Shown: piece after piece, positions 10,133-18,334 of the stretch | Layout: the number at the start of each line of letters is the position of its first letter | Position numbering within the stretch: position 1 is the first letter of the stretch | Virus record (IMG/VR): IMGVR_UViG_3300046028_006919 | Span: 12,475 to 76,474 of that record | DNA from: a virus | Length of the DNA stretch: 64,000 nucleotides | Direction: 5' to 3' (one strand) | Notes under the pieces: model-generated | Database searches by the model: none | Told to the model about the DNA's origin: nothing | Seen by the model: only the letters and a program-made list of their open reading frames with translations | Made by a program: the position numbers and the translations under genes

Positions 10133-10360
10133 AAATTTTCTGGAGAAAAAGTTGTGAGAGTAGATGAAGCATATAAAGCTTTCTATACTTTTCTAATACT
10201 ATATAGTTTACCACTATCTACCACCCTTTCCCACCATTTACCATTTTATGAATCATTTTAAGGCCTGATTTCTTTTAAAATGATATCATATACCTATTTT
10301 TTGTTATTTGCCCTTAAAAAGCTCATACGGGCTTGTAGGTGTACTTATATTATATATAGA

Positions 10361-10380
10361 ATGTACACAAATGTGTACAT
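10361..10380. repeat. palindrome ATGTACACA-AA-TGTGTACAT; related copies at 118-133, 6196-6212 and 9616-9632
   Basis: four intergenic copies of ACACAAA(T/A)GTGTAC. Confidence 0.8.
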
Positions 10381-10684
10381 ACAAGTTATATTATTCTTCT
10401 ATATTAAAAAGATAATCAACAATAATATATATACATCCAAGTAATGTTATTATAGGAATAGTTATTGGTCTAAGTATTTTTCTCATGTGTCATAATCTTA
10501 TTTGTTTTTAAATTGTTCAGGATATAAAATATTATATCTTCTAGTAATACACCATTTAGCATACATTAAAGGAATGCCCCAGAACTTATCTAATACTGGT
10601 TTTACAAATCTTTGCCCTTTATAATCTCCACTTAATAAATAACTACCATAGCTATAATCGTGGTCTATGTTCCATTTTATTATT

Positions 10685-11707
10685 TCATTCATAATCCTTT
10701 TTCTTTTTATATTGTTCAAACCATACTTCAAAACTTTCATATACTGGTGGCATATTCTTTTCAAAGATTAATGCTTGTCTTGATTGCTTAAATGCTTCTT
10801 TTAAATCTTCCTCGCTATACCTTCTCTCTTGTTGTGAGATACCAGCATCATACCCTTCACTAAATGTATTAATGTTTTCAAGTTCACATTTACATCTTTC
10901 ATCTAATCTAATACTATCTTCATCAAGTTTGTCTTGCTCTTGTTGCCATTTAGCACCAAACACACTTCCTCTAACATAAGCATCTACTTCATCTCCATAA
11001 TAAGATAATTGAGCTTGTTTTAGAGCAGCTTCTTCAAGTGTTTCAACTATCTTAATTTTAGAGGCTATTTCTTTAGCATCATGTAAATTATCATAATTGA
11101 ATTGTTGCTTTTGTGCCTCTTCAAGAGTAGTTTCTTGTTGAGGTTCTTCAGGTCCGCAATCACAAGTTGTAGTATGACCACAGTAGCATTTTGTTTGTTC
11201 ATACAGTCCTAACTCTTCATCTGATTTCATTATATCAATTAAATGTTGTTTAGGTTCTTCACTTGGAATTACAACTCTATATTCCTTCTTAACATTGTAA
11301 GCAGGCATTGTCCAATTAATCTCAACATCCTCACAACTTGGATTCTTAACAAACCATTCTAAAAACTCATCATCAATAGCTTGTACACCATTTTTGATTA
11401 AGTCTTGGTCTGTAGTCATTATAATTTTTTTACACATATTTCCATTGTTCATATATGTGTGGAACTTTCCAGCAGCAATAGTATCTTTGTTAATATAGAT
11501 TGGTGAAAATATATGTCTTGTTTTATTGTAAATATCAATAAAATATAAACCAATTGAATATTCTGTAACTATTTCATCAGAAGTGATGTAGATGTTTTTA
11601 CATTGACTTGAACGAACATTACCACTATATAAATCTAATTTTTTAGTGGTTGAGTTATATACTAACCTACTTGGTTTATCTGTTGGTAATATGTGTATGT
11701 TTTTCAT
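10685..11707 (-). CDS. mosaic hypothetical protein with short repeated modules ((E/T)TLEEA)
   Basis: 340-aa ORF with two TLEEA modules and a CYCGHTTTCDC cluster. Confidence 0.7.
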   Translation of the reverse strand: MKNIHILPTDKPSRLVYNSTTKKLDLYSGNVRSSQCKNIYITSDEIVTEYSIGLYFIDIYNKTRHIFSPIYINKDTIAAGKFHTYMNNGNMCKKIIMTTDQDLIKNGVQAIDDEFLEWFVKNPSCEDVEINWTMPAYNVKKEYRVVIPSEEPKQHLIDIMKSDEELGLYEQTKCYCGHTTTCDCGPEEPQQETTLEEAQKQQFNYDNLHDAKEIASKIKIVETLEEAALKQAQLSYYGDEVDAYVRGSVFGAKWQQEQDKLDEDSIRLDERCKCELENINTFSEGYDAGISQQERRYSEEDLKEAFKQSRQALIFEKNMPPVYESFEVWFEQYKKKKDYE

Positions 11708-11892
11708 AAACAACTAATTGTTACTATATTATTATCGTAATCATAATGTACGTTTTTCACATCATAACTTTTGCTATCATGTGTAAATCTTTCTCCTTCT
11801 CTTGGAATTATTTTCCAAAGAGATTTAACCTTTATTTTCTCAGTAGTATAATCTCCTACTATTTTACTGTGAATTTTAAAAACTATTTTCAT
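11704..11892 (-). CDS. small hypothetical protein
   Basis: 62-aa ORF coupled to its neighbours. Confidence 0.55.
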   Translation of the reverse strand: MKIVFKIHSKIVGDYTTEKIKVKSLWKIIPREGERFTHDSKSYDVKNVHYDYDNNIVTISCL

Positions 11893-12153
11893 AATCTACT
11901 TGGTTTAGGTGTTGGTAATACGTGTATGTTTTTCATAATTTATATTTTTTATATTCTCCTTGTTTATAATAATACAGTACATCATCGTGTTTTCTGAACA
12001 CAACATCATCAGGACAGTAGTATATAGTATCTCTAACCAATATTTTCTTATTGATAATAGTGTATTTTACTTGGTTAATTGTTATTGATGATTTTCTTAT
12101 ACAGATTGTAGATTGAAACAGTATTAGTAACAAGAGTGATAGGTTAATCACTA

Positions 12154-12540
12154 TTATTCTTTATGAAATTCAACTAAATATCCTTTTGCAATCAGCACTC
12201 TTAAACACTTATCATCTTCATACAATTGAAGCATCACTGTTTTACCTTCTTCTGTTAAACATTCTATTAATTGATAATTCATACCATTTTCTGATACACC
12301 TGTAGTAACATCTCCTATTTGATAATAAGTGTATGTGTTACCATTTGGAAAATAGAATTTAACTTCTGATTTTCCTTCAGGGTTAAACACGACAGTGGTT
12401 TCTTTATACACCCATTCACCTACTACATCATCTTCTTTTGATATCATAGATGTGTATTTTTTTACAAAGGTTGAATTCTCTTGTGCAATACATGCAAAGC
12501 TGCTCAATAGTAGTAGAGCTCCTAATAGTAATTTTTTCAT
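12154..12540 (-). CDS. secreted/periplasmic protein
   Basis: MKKLLLGALLLLSSFACIAQ signal peptide. Confidence 0.7.
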   Translation of the reverse strand: MKKLLLGALLLLSSFACIAQENSTFVKKYTSMISKEDDVVGEWVYKETTVVFNPEGKSEVKFYFPNGNTYTYYQIGDVTTGVSENGMNYQLIECLTEEGKTVMLQLYEDDKCLRVLIAKGYLVEFHKE

Positions 12541-12764
12541 AATAGTTTTTCTATTTGGTTGGTTTTTGTATTAAACAGCAAATTATCACCCACGTATTCG
12601 TATAGGGTTCCGTTTCTCTCAATGGTTTTGCCATGTTTTTTTGCTTTGGTTATTTCTTTGAGTGTTGTTGATGTATCTTCACACCAATATCTTTTGGGTT
12701 GTTTTGCCATGATTTATTTTGTATTATGGGACAAATATACCACATTGTTTTTATATATGCAAAT

Positions 12765-12941
12765 TTATCTTGCATAATATATTTGGTCTTTTAAATTACT
12801 TTCATGATAATAATACCTTACCCATAAACCAAATTGTTCACCATTGATATAATTACCCATATTGCATAGATTCCCATTTGTCCAATACCATTCCCACAAT
12901 CCGTGGCGTTGGCTTCTTCTATGTGGTCTTTTATCTTGCAT
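12765..12941 (-). CDS. YYAR-array mini-protein
   Basis: MQDKRPHRRSQRHGLWEWY...IYYAR, 58 aa. Confidence 0.8.
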   Translation of the reverse strand: MQDKRPHRRSQRHGLWEWYWTNGNLCNMGNYINGEQFGLWVRYYYHESNLKDQIYYAR

Positions 12942-13110
12942 AGTAATCAAATTCTATTCCAAGTTCATCAAAAAAAAGATATTCTACCAACCCTTTTATT
13001 TCGTTGTTTACATAATTACATTTATAGTAGAATTCTCCATTGGTTTGGTGCCAATATCCTTGTGCTCTTGCTTGTCCATCTGTTTGGTTTATTTTGTTAT
13101 CTTGCTGCAT
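12931..13110 (-). CDS. YYAR-array mini-protein
   Basis: MQQDNKINQ...QGYW...DYYAR, 59 aa. Confidence 0.8.
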   Translation of the reverse strand: MQQDNKINQTDGQARAQGYWHQTNGEFYYKCNYVNNEIKGLVEYLFFDELGIEFDYYAR

Positions 13111-13267
13111 ATTGTTTACGTATTTTATTATTAAAATTGTGTTCAAAATATCCATACCATGCTCCGTTTATATAGTTGATTCTAAAAGATGGTTGACCGT
13201 TTCCATGGTATATTTCCCAATAACCATGCGCTTCACCTTGTTCGTTAAGTGGTTTTTTATCTTGCAT
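13097..13267 (-). CDS. YYAR-array mini-protein (below ORF-track cutoff)
   Basis: MQDKKPLNEQGEAHGYWEIY...QYAAR, 56 aa, translated by hand. Confidence 0.8.
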   Translation of the reverse strand: MQDKKPLNEQGEAHGYWEIYHGNGQPSFRINYINGAWYGYFEHNFNNKIRKQYAAR

Positions 13268-13505
13268 AATAACTTTTACCTATTGTTTTAATTTGTGGAT
13301 AATTAGATTCACAGTATCCTATGAAATCATTATTGACTATATTTACTTTATAATCTAATACGCCATCATCAAAATATTTTTCATAAAAACCACATATTTC
13401 TCCGTTACTGTATACTGTTTTAAAAGATGGTTGACCGTTTTCATGATATATTTCCCAATAACCATGTCGTTCACCTTGTTCGTTAAGTGTGTTTTTATCT
13501 TGCAT
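13257..13505 (-). CDS. YYAR-array mini-protein (extra internal repeat)
   Basis: MQDKNTLNEQGERHGYWEIY...SYYAR, 82 aa. Confidence 0.85.
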   Translation of the reverse strand: MQDKNTLNEQGERHGYWEIYHENGQPSFKTVYSNGEICGFYEKYFDDGVLDYKVNIVNNDFIGYCESNYPQIKTIGKSYYAR

Positions 13506-13665
13506 TATATATTAAAATAAGAGGGTTAGAAGATTTAATTTCTTCAAGACCTAATATAACACCATTGACATAGTTTCGTTTAAAATAACGTAGTTTATCG
13601 CTACTGTATTGTTCCCAATAGCCATTTCGTTGACCTCGTTCGTTATATGGTTCATTATCTGGCAT
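13495..13665 (-). CDS. YYAR-array mini-protein (below cutoff)
   Basis: MPDNEPYNERGQRNGYWEQY...IYNAR, 56 aa. Confidence 0.8.
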   Translation of the reverse strand: MPDNEPYNERGQRNGYWEQYSSDKLRYFKRNYVNGVILGLEEIKSSNPLILIYNAR

Positions 13666-13840
13666 AGTATGTTTTGGTTATTCGTTTGGTATATAAATTT
13701 TTTGCTTCACGGAAACCACATCGTTCACCGTTAACATAGTTTGTTCTAGAACATAGACCACCGTCATGCCAATATAGAATCCATAGTCCGTGTCGTTCGC
13801 CTTGTGCGTTATGTGGTTCTTGTCCTTCTCTATGGTACAT
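13655..13840 (-). CDS. YYAR-array mini-protein
   Basis: MYHREGQEPHNAQGERHGLW...TYYAR, 61 aa. Confidence 0.8.
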   Translation of the reverse strand: MYHREGQEPHNAQGERHGLWILYWHDGGLCSRTNYVNGERCGFREAKNLYTKRITKTYYAR

Positions 13841-14021
13841 GATAAAATATTTCTCCGTTACCCCATTTTTCATGTCCGTATTCCACACCGTTGACATAAT
13901 GACATTCATACCAGAAAGTACCATCTATCTTGTGGTATATTACCCAATGACCATGACACTGTTTTTTTTCGTTTAGTGGCGCTAAGCTTTCTTCATTCAT
14001 ATATCTTATTGAGTCCTGCAT
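13830..14021 (-). CDS. YYAR-array mini-protein (divergent C-terminus)
   Basis: MQDS...PLNEKKQCHGHW...FYHVP, 63 aa; same 11-nt overlap geometry. Confidence 0.75.
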   Translation of the reverse strand: MQDSIRYMNEESLAPLNEKKQCHGHWVIYHKIDGTFWYECHYVNGVEYGHEKWGNGEIFYHVP

Positions 14022-14045
14022 AATGCAAATATACAATTTATTGTT

Positions 14046-14216
14046 TTATCTTGCAATAAAACTTTTATTTAGATAAGAATTGTTTTGTGTTATCCAATAA
14101 CCATATACACGACCATGGATATAATATCCTTTGCTATATACATTATCAGCGTAAATGGTTTCCCAATAACCGTGACAGTCATTATCTTTGGTGACTTGAT
14201 TTATTTTATTTTGCAT
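14046..14216 (-). CDS. YYAR-array mini-protein (below cutoff)
   Basis: MQNKINQ...CHGYWET...SFIAR, 56 aa. Confidence 0.8.
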   Translation of the reverse strand: MQNKINQVTKDNDCHGYWETIYADNVYSKGYYIHGRVYGYWITQNNSYLNKSFIAR

Positions 14217-14370
14217 GGTATTCGTTAGAGATTAATTTTGTTTCTCTAATATATTGATAGTGGCCGCATATGGTGCCACCAATATATGTTTGTTTATACG
14301 ATGACAAGCTCCATTGGCATGACCAATCACCGTGTCGTTTTCCGTTCTTGTGACTTAGTTTATCTGGCAT
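14206..14370 (-). CDS. YYAR-array mini-protein
   Basis: MPDKLSHKNGKRHGDW...EYHAK, 54 aa. Confidence 0.8.
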   Translation of the reverse strand: MPDKLSHKNGKRHGDWSCQWSLSSYKQTYIGGTICGHYQYIRETKLISNEYHAK

Positions 14371-14524
14371 AATATTTTCTAAAAAGTTTTTCATTCTCAC
14401 ACAATTCCCATAGACCAAATCTAATACCGTTTAGGTAATGACCCTCAAAATAACCTTCTTTAAGAACCAAAGACCATGGGCCATGATGTTGTCCTTTATC
14501 GTTAAAATTTCGTTTACCTCGCAT
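14360..14524 (-). CDS. YYAR-array mini-protein
   Basis: MRGKRNFNDKGQHHGPW...KYYAR, 54 aa. Confidence 0.8.
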   Translation of the reverse strand: MRGKRNFNDKGQHHGPWSLVLKEGYFEGHYLNGIRFGLWELCENEKLFRKYYAR

Positions 14525-14684
14525 AATATTCTCTATCTTCTCTTCCATGCCAATCAAAGAAATAGTATCCGTAACGGACTCCGTTGATGTAATTGGTTAT
14601 ATACCATAAACTATCGCTGCACCAATATTTTTCCCAATACCCATGTTTTTGACCTAATTCATTATATGGCGTTTTATCTAGCAT
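14514..14684 (-). CDS. YYAR-array mini-protein
   Basis: MLDKTPYNELGQKHGYWEKY...EYYAR, 56 aa. Confidence 0.8.
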   Translation of the reverse strand: MLDKTPYNELGQKHGYWEKYWCSDSLWYITNYINGVRYGYYFFDWHGREDREYYAR

Positions 14685-14850
14685 AGTATTCTTTTTTTGA
14701 TGAACTGTTAGACCAGTCCCAATATTCAAAACAACCATATTCTAAACCGTTTATGAAGTATCCGTTAAACCATAGTCTATCGTTGCTGTGGTGTATTATC
14801 CAATACCCGTGGGCTTGTTTTTTTTCGTTATGTGGTTTTTTATCTTGCAT
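14674..14850 (-). CDS. YYAR-array mini-protein (below cutoff)
   Basis: MQDKKPHNEKKQAHGYW...EYYAR, 58 aa. Confidence 0.8.
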   Translation of the reverse strand: MQDKKPHNEKKQAHGYWIIHHSNDRLWFNGYFINGLEYGCFEYWDWSNSSSKKEYYAR

Positions 14851-15088
14851 AGTATCGATTATCTAGTTGATTATCACCAAAGTGGTGTTCACCATACCCA
14901 TGAAATTGACTATTTATGTAATTGATTATGGAGATTAACTTACCGCTATTCCAATATCTTTCAATCTTACCGAAAGCGTAGCCATTTACATATAACCCTT
15001 TAAATTCCAGAACACCATTAGAGGCGTAATAAACTTCCCAATATCCGTGTTTTTGACCTTCTTTATTTGTTGGTTTTTTATCTTGCAT
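14840..15088 (-). CDS. YYAR-array mini-protein (extra internal repeat)
   Basis: MQDKKPTNKEGQKHGYWEVY...RYYAR, 82 aa. Confidence 0.85.
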   Translation of the reverse strand: MQDKKPTNKEGQKHGYWEVYYASNGVLEFKGLYVNGYAFGKIERYWNSGKLISIINYINSQFHGYGEHHFGDNQLDNRYYAR

Positions 15089-15257
15089 AATATTCTAATA
15101 CTAACAATTTACCGTTATGGTTAAAATTTTGATATAACCCGAATGCGTTTCCATTAATATAATGTAGCTTATACCATAGAGTACCATACATAGAATGGTA
15201 AGCTTCCCATAATCCATGTGCTTGTCTATTTTTGTTAAATGGTTTTTTATCTTGCAT
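15078..15257 (-). CDS. YYAR-array mini-protein (below cutoff)
   Basis: MQDKKPFNKNRQAHGLWEAY...EYYAR, 59 aa. Confidence 0.8.
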   Translation of the reverse strand: MQDKKPFNKNRQAHGLWEAYHSMYGTLWYKLHYINGNAFGLYQNFNHNGKLLVLEYYAR

Positions 15258-15426
15258 AATATCTATTTTGGTCTAAATTACCGTTTGGGTCATATACCTT
15301 GCTATGACCAAATCTAAATCCGTTAATGAAAAATGAATGCCATCTTATGTTGTTGTTACTCCATAAGTTTATCCATTCTCCATGACGTTCTTCATTAGCG
15401 TTACGTAGATTAATTTTATCTTTCAT
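15247..15426 (-). CDS. YYAR-array mini-protein (below cutoff)
   Basis: MKDKINLRNANEERHGEW...RYYAR, 59 aa. Confidence 0.8.
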   Translation of the reverse strand: MKDKINLRNANEERHGEWINLWSNNNIRWHSFFINGFRFGHSKVYDPNGNLDQNRYYAR

Positions 15427-15429
15427 AAT

Positions 15430-15458
15430 AAAAAAAGGGTAGCTTTTGGCTACCCTTT
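15430..15458 (-). terminator. Rho-independent terminator
   Basis: AAAGGGTAGC/GCTACCCTTT hairpin plus U-tract. Confidence 0.75.
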
Positions 15459-15466
15459 GGTGTTTG

Positions 15467-15700
15467 TTAGTCCCAAGCGTTTTGTAGCTTTTTGGTTACT
15501 GGGTTCAACTCTTGTTGAACGTACTTGATAACGTGAGGTGCTTCTATTGCTATGGTCCCGTGTTCTCCGTGCAAAACTTGGCTGTTTTTACCAGCTTTGA
15601 TTTTAAGGATGTTCTCATCGATTTTTTCAACTTCTACAACGTTAGTCATTGTGTGTGTGTTTGTACTTGGTTCAAGCACGATAGTCTTCTGATTTCCCAT
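15467..15700 (-). CDS. small beta-rich phage protein (LHGEHGTI...YVQQE motif)
   Basis: 77-aa ORF with own promoter and terminator. Confidence 0.7.
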   Translation of the reverse strand: MGNQKTIVLEPSTNTHTMTNVVEVEKIDENILKIKAGKNSQVLHGEHGTIAIEAPHVIKYVQQELNPVTKKLQNAWD

Positions 15701-15771
15701 GTTTTTATTTTTAAATGGTTTGTTATAATTACAATACAAATATACTACTTAGTTTTTAATTGTGCAAATTT

Positions 15772-15951
15772 TTATCGACAATAATAACTTTTTATTTTTG
15801 GTCGACCTTCAAACCAGCAAGTTATTTCACTATATCCATATGCTACATCGTTAACATAGTGCGAAGTTTCCCATGGTCGCCCATCATCACGATAGTCTTG
15901 AAATGGTCCATGTAGTTGTCCTTTTTCGTTTCTGGTATACTTATCTCGCAT
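15772..15951 (-). CDS. YYAR-array mini-protein
   Basis: MRDKYTRNEKGQLHGPF...SYYCR, 59 aa. Confidence 0.8.
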   Translation of the reverse strand: MRDKYTRNEKGQLHGPFQDYRDDGRPWETSHYVNDVAYGYSEITCWFEGRPKIKSYYCR

Positions 15952-16117
15952 AGTATTCTTCATCTTCAATATCGTTATTTTTGTTTCTCCATATAAAGTA
16001 CCCATACTTTACACCATTAAGATAATAACCTATATAGAAAGCAACATCGTTGGACCAATATTCTTCCCAATGTCCGTGTTTTCGTTGTAATTCGTTATAG
16101 GGTCTTTTATCTAGCAT
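15941..16117 (-). CDS. YYAR-array mini-protein
   Basis: MLDKRPYNELQRKHGHWEEY...EYYAR, 58 aa. Confidence 0.8.
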   Translation of the reverse strand: MLDKRPYNELQRKHGHWEEYWSNDVAFYIGYYLNGVKYGYFIWRNKNNDIEDEEYYAR

Positions 16118-16346
16118 AATATTTTTCATCAATTTCTTTGGTGAATTTTGTATAAATAAATTGTTTAGAATAACCATGAGCTCTATCATTGATGTATGAT
16201 TCCATAAAGTTAAAACCACCATCAGCAAAATGTTTTATCCATTGTCCGTGACGTTGCCCTTTTTTGTTTCTTGGTATAACATCATTTTGATAAACATATT
16301 TTCTAGGTTCTCCATTTTCGTTTTTTGGTTCTAAATTATCTGGCAT
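16107..16346 (-). CDS. YYAR-array mini-protein
   Basis: MPDNLEPKNENG...PRNKKGQRHGQW...KYYAR, 79 aa. Confidence 0.8.
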   Translation of the reverse strand: MPDNLEPKNENGEPRKYVYQNDVIPRNKKGQRHGQWIKHFADGGFNFMESYINDRAHGYSKQFIYTKFTKEIDEKYYAR

Positions 16347-16530
16347 AATAATTATTATAATTTCCATCAATAGAACCTCTACCAAATCTCAAATGATGTC
16401 CAAATCGTTCACCGTTGATATATGGTCCAGAGAACCATAGCTCACCATTTGGTGAATATACTTCCCAATACCCATGACGACGATTTAGTTTGTTCTTGGG
16501 TCTCTTGCATTTTGGTTGTTTATATTGCAT
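16336..16530 (-). CDS. YYAR-array mini-protein
   Basis: MQYKQP...RRHGYWEVY...NYYAR, 64 aa. Confidence 0.8.
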   Translation of the reverse strand: MQYKQPKCKRPKNKLNRRHGYWEVYSPNGELWFSGPYINGERFGHHLRFGRGSIDGNYNNYYAR

Positions 16531-16693
16531 AATAATGTTTACCTTTTGATTTTAAACCTAAATAATAACATTCATAGTACCCATGTCGAACAGAACCAAC
16601 AAAAAAAGCTTTGTACCATAGTTGACCACCATTGTAGTATAGTTCTCTATAGAAGCTTTTATCTGTTAATATTATTGTTTTATTTTTTTCCAT
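16520..16693 (-). CDS. YYAR-array mini-protein
   Basis: MEKNK...GGQLWYK...RHGYY...HYYAI, 57 aa. Confidence 0.75.
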   Translation of the reverse strand: MEKNKTIILTDKSFYRELYYNGGQLWYKAFFVGSVRHGYYECYYLGLKSKGKHYYAI

Positions 16694-16758
16694 AGTTTTA
16701 AAAAGAAAACCACACACCAATTACTAGCGTGTGGTTTTCAAAGGGAATAAAAAATTTA

Positions 16759-17532
16759 TTATGATTGTGCTACTAACAGACCAAAGTATTGTTCTTTGGT
16801 TAGTGATACCATTTCACCTTCTGGTTTCACATCTTCATCCATTTCAGTAAGCAAGATATCACCTTGGCGTTTCAATGCTTTGATATGTGGAATGATGTTT
16901 TTGTGAACGACAAACGTTGATGCGATTGCGGTAAGTGGGTCGTCTTTGTATTGGTCGTCAATCCATAACCAATGTTCTTTGTTGGTTGATGTGCACCAGC
17001 ATTTTACTGCGTATAGTGATTCATCAAGACCTAACTTCTTGCCCTCGATTTCGTGAGTTTCGTAGATGTTGTCATATTCTTCAACGCCAGTGAAATTACC
17101 CTCAGCATCATATTGTCTATGATTAACTTTGACACCATCAGTTTTGATTCTTTTGGCACCCAACTCATTAATCATTTGAGGGATATCGATTGACGAGAAT
17201 ACAAGAGCTTGAAACTCTCTACCATCTAACTCAAAAGATTCTTTGAAAGTAAACGGTTCCACTGTATCATACATTTCAGCAAGGCTGTCGAAGAATTTTA
17301 CGGTTTTATCGTAATCCTCTTCTGATACTTCTTTAAGACCAGCGATTTTATGTTCTGGGTATCCGTTAAGAAAAATGTTTTTCTTTACATTGATGAAACG
17401 ATTCATAAATCTTTCATAGTTTGTATGAACACCTTTAAGGTATTTTACCAATTCAGTTGGGGTACAACCTACCATTTGTTCTGTGTCAGTTTCGAAGTAG
17501 ACACCATTGAATGCTGTGAAAATAATTTTCAT
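16759..17532 (-). CDS. phage protein with DUF6745-like C-terminal domain
   Basis: AVKCWCTSTNKEHWLWI...AIASTF and RQGD motifs; own promoter and terminator. Confidence 0.6.
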   Translation of the reverse strand: MKIIFTAFNGVYFETDTEQMVGCTPTELVKYLKGVHTNYERFMNRFINVKKNIFLNGYPEHKIAGLKEVSEEDYDKTVKFFDSLAEMYDTVEPFTFKESFELDGREFQALVFSSIDIPQMINELGAKRIKTDGVKVNHRQYDAEGNFTGVEEYDNIYETHEIEGKKLGLDESLYAVKCWCTSTNKEHWLWIDDQYKDDPLTAIASTFVVHKNIIPHIKALKRQGDILLTEMDEDVKPEGEMVSLTKEQYFGLLVAQS

Positions 17533-17594
17533 ATGTTATTGTTATTTAATTACTGTGCAAATATACTATATTGTTTTTATATGTGCAAACTTTT

Positions 17595-17990
17595 TTAACT
17601 ATTTTTTATCAACTCAGCAATAAGTTTGCTTTTTTCCAAGATTGATAAGTCTTTTTTCTCTAACAATTTAATGGTTGTGTAAACCTTATATTGTTCTTCA
17701 TCAAATTCAAAATTACCAGTTTCACTTAACCAATCAATTTTGGTTTGAATCAAATCAATTTTAGATTTCAACGAACTTTTTTCAACATCTAATTCTTCCA
17801 AAGTTATTGTTTTATCAATTTCATAATCATAAACCCAACCAGAATCTCTACCGCAAATACTTTTGATATAATTTTTATTGCATTCAAAAGTTGAGGTGAT
17901 GATAAACTCTTCGTTTTTGCCCATGTGAATGTTATTTGATGTTTGTTTACCCACTGGGGTACATTTTTTTAATTTAATTGTTTTTTCCAT
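17595..17990 (-). CDS. hypothetical coiled-coil protein
   Basis: ORF, start uncertain. Confidence 0.6.
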   Translation of the reverse strand: MEKTIKLKKCTPVGKQTSNNIHMGKNEEFIITSTFECNKNYIKSICGRDSGWVYDYEIDKTITLEELDVEKSSLKSKIDLIQTKIDWLSETGNFEFDEEQYKVYTTIKLLEKKDLSILEKSKLIAELIKNS

Positions 17991-18049
17991 TTTTATTTTT
18001 ACGTTAAAAAATTTAATAATATTGCGTTTTATTTTATTGTATGATTTCA

Positions 18050-18334
18050 TTACTCTATTGTTATTTTTGTTTTGTCATGGTATTGGTGAGCATCGTAGCC
18101 ATCGATTCCATTTTTTTGGAAATCAGCATCGTTTAACCAATATACTTTACCATCATCTTTTGCACATTTAATGATGTGTCTGGAACCTGTGTTCCATATG
18201 GTATAATTGCCTTTGGGTAGTCTTTCAACGGTACCCATGTCGTTTTTATCTCTAGGAGCGTTGCAGTTAACTAGTGTTATCATCATTCCCAACGAGAATA
18301 GGAACACTATTGCAAATGTTTTAATTTCTTTCAT
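18050..18334 (-). CDS. putative lipoprotein/membrane-anchored protein
   Basis: N-terminal hydrophobic segment ending at Cys. Confidence 0.55.
   Translation of the reverse strand: MKEIKTFAIVFLFSLGMMITLVNCNAPRDKNDMGTVERLPKGNYTIWNTGSRHIIKCAKDDGKVYWLNDADFQKNGIDGYDAHQYHDKTKITIE

Larger units (their letters stand above)
12765..16693 (-). repeat. tandem array of 20 paralogous MORN-variant/YwqK-like mini-genes in three blocks (12765-14021, 14046-15426, 15772-16693)
   Basis: shared pattern M-x-DK-x-P-x-N-xx-G-xx-HG-x-W...Y-x-NG...G...YYAR*; 17 start/stop overlaps. Confidence 0.92.

Noticed and set aside
12765-16693. CRISPR array or DGR target array suggested by the recurring TTATCTTGCATA
   Set aside because: The repeat is only about 11-15 nt and varies at a codon wobble position. 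The spacers are 150-240 nt open reading frames of one protein family. No cas gene, reverse transcriptase or adenine-specific TR/VR pair is visible.
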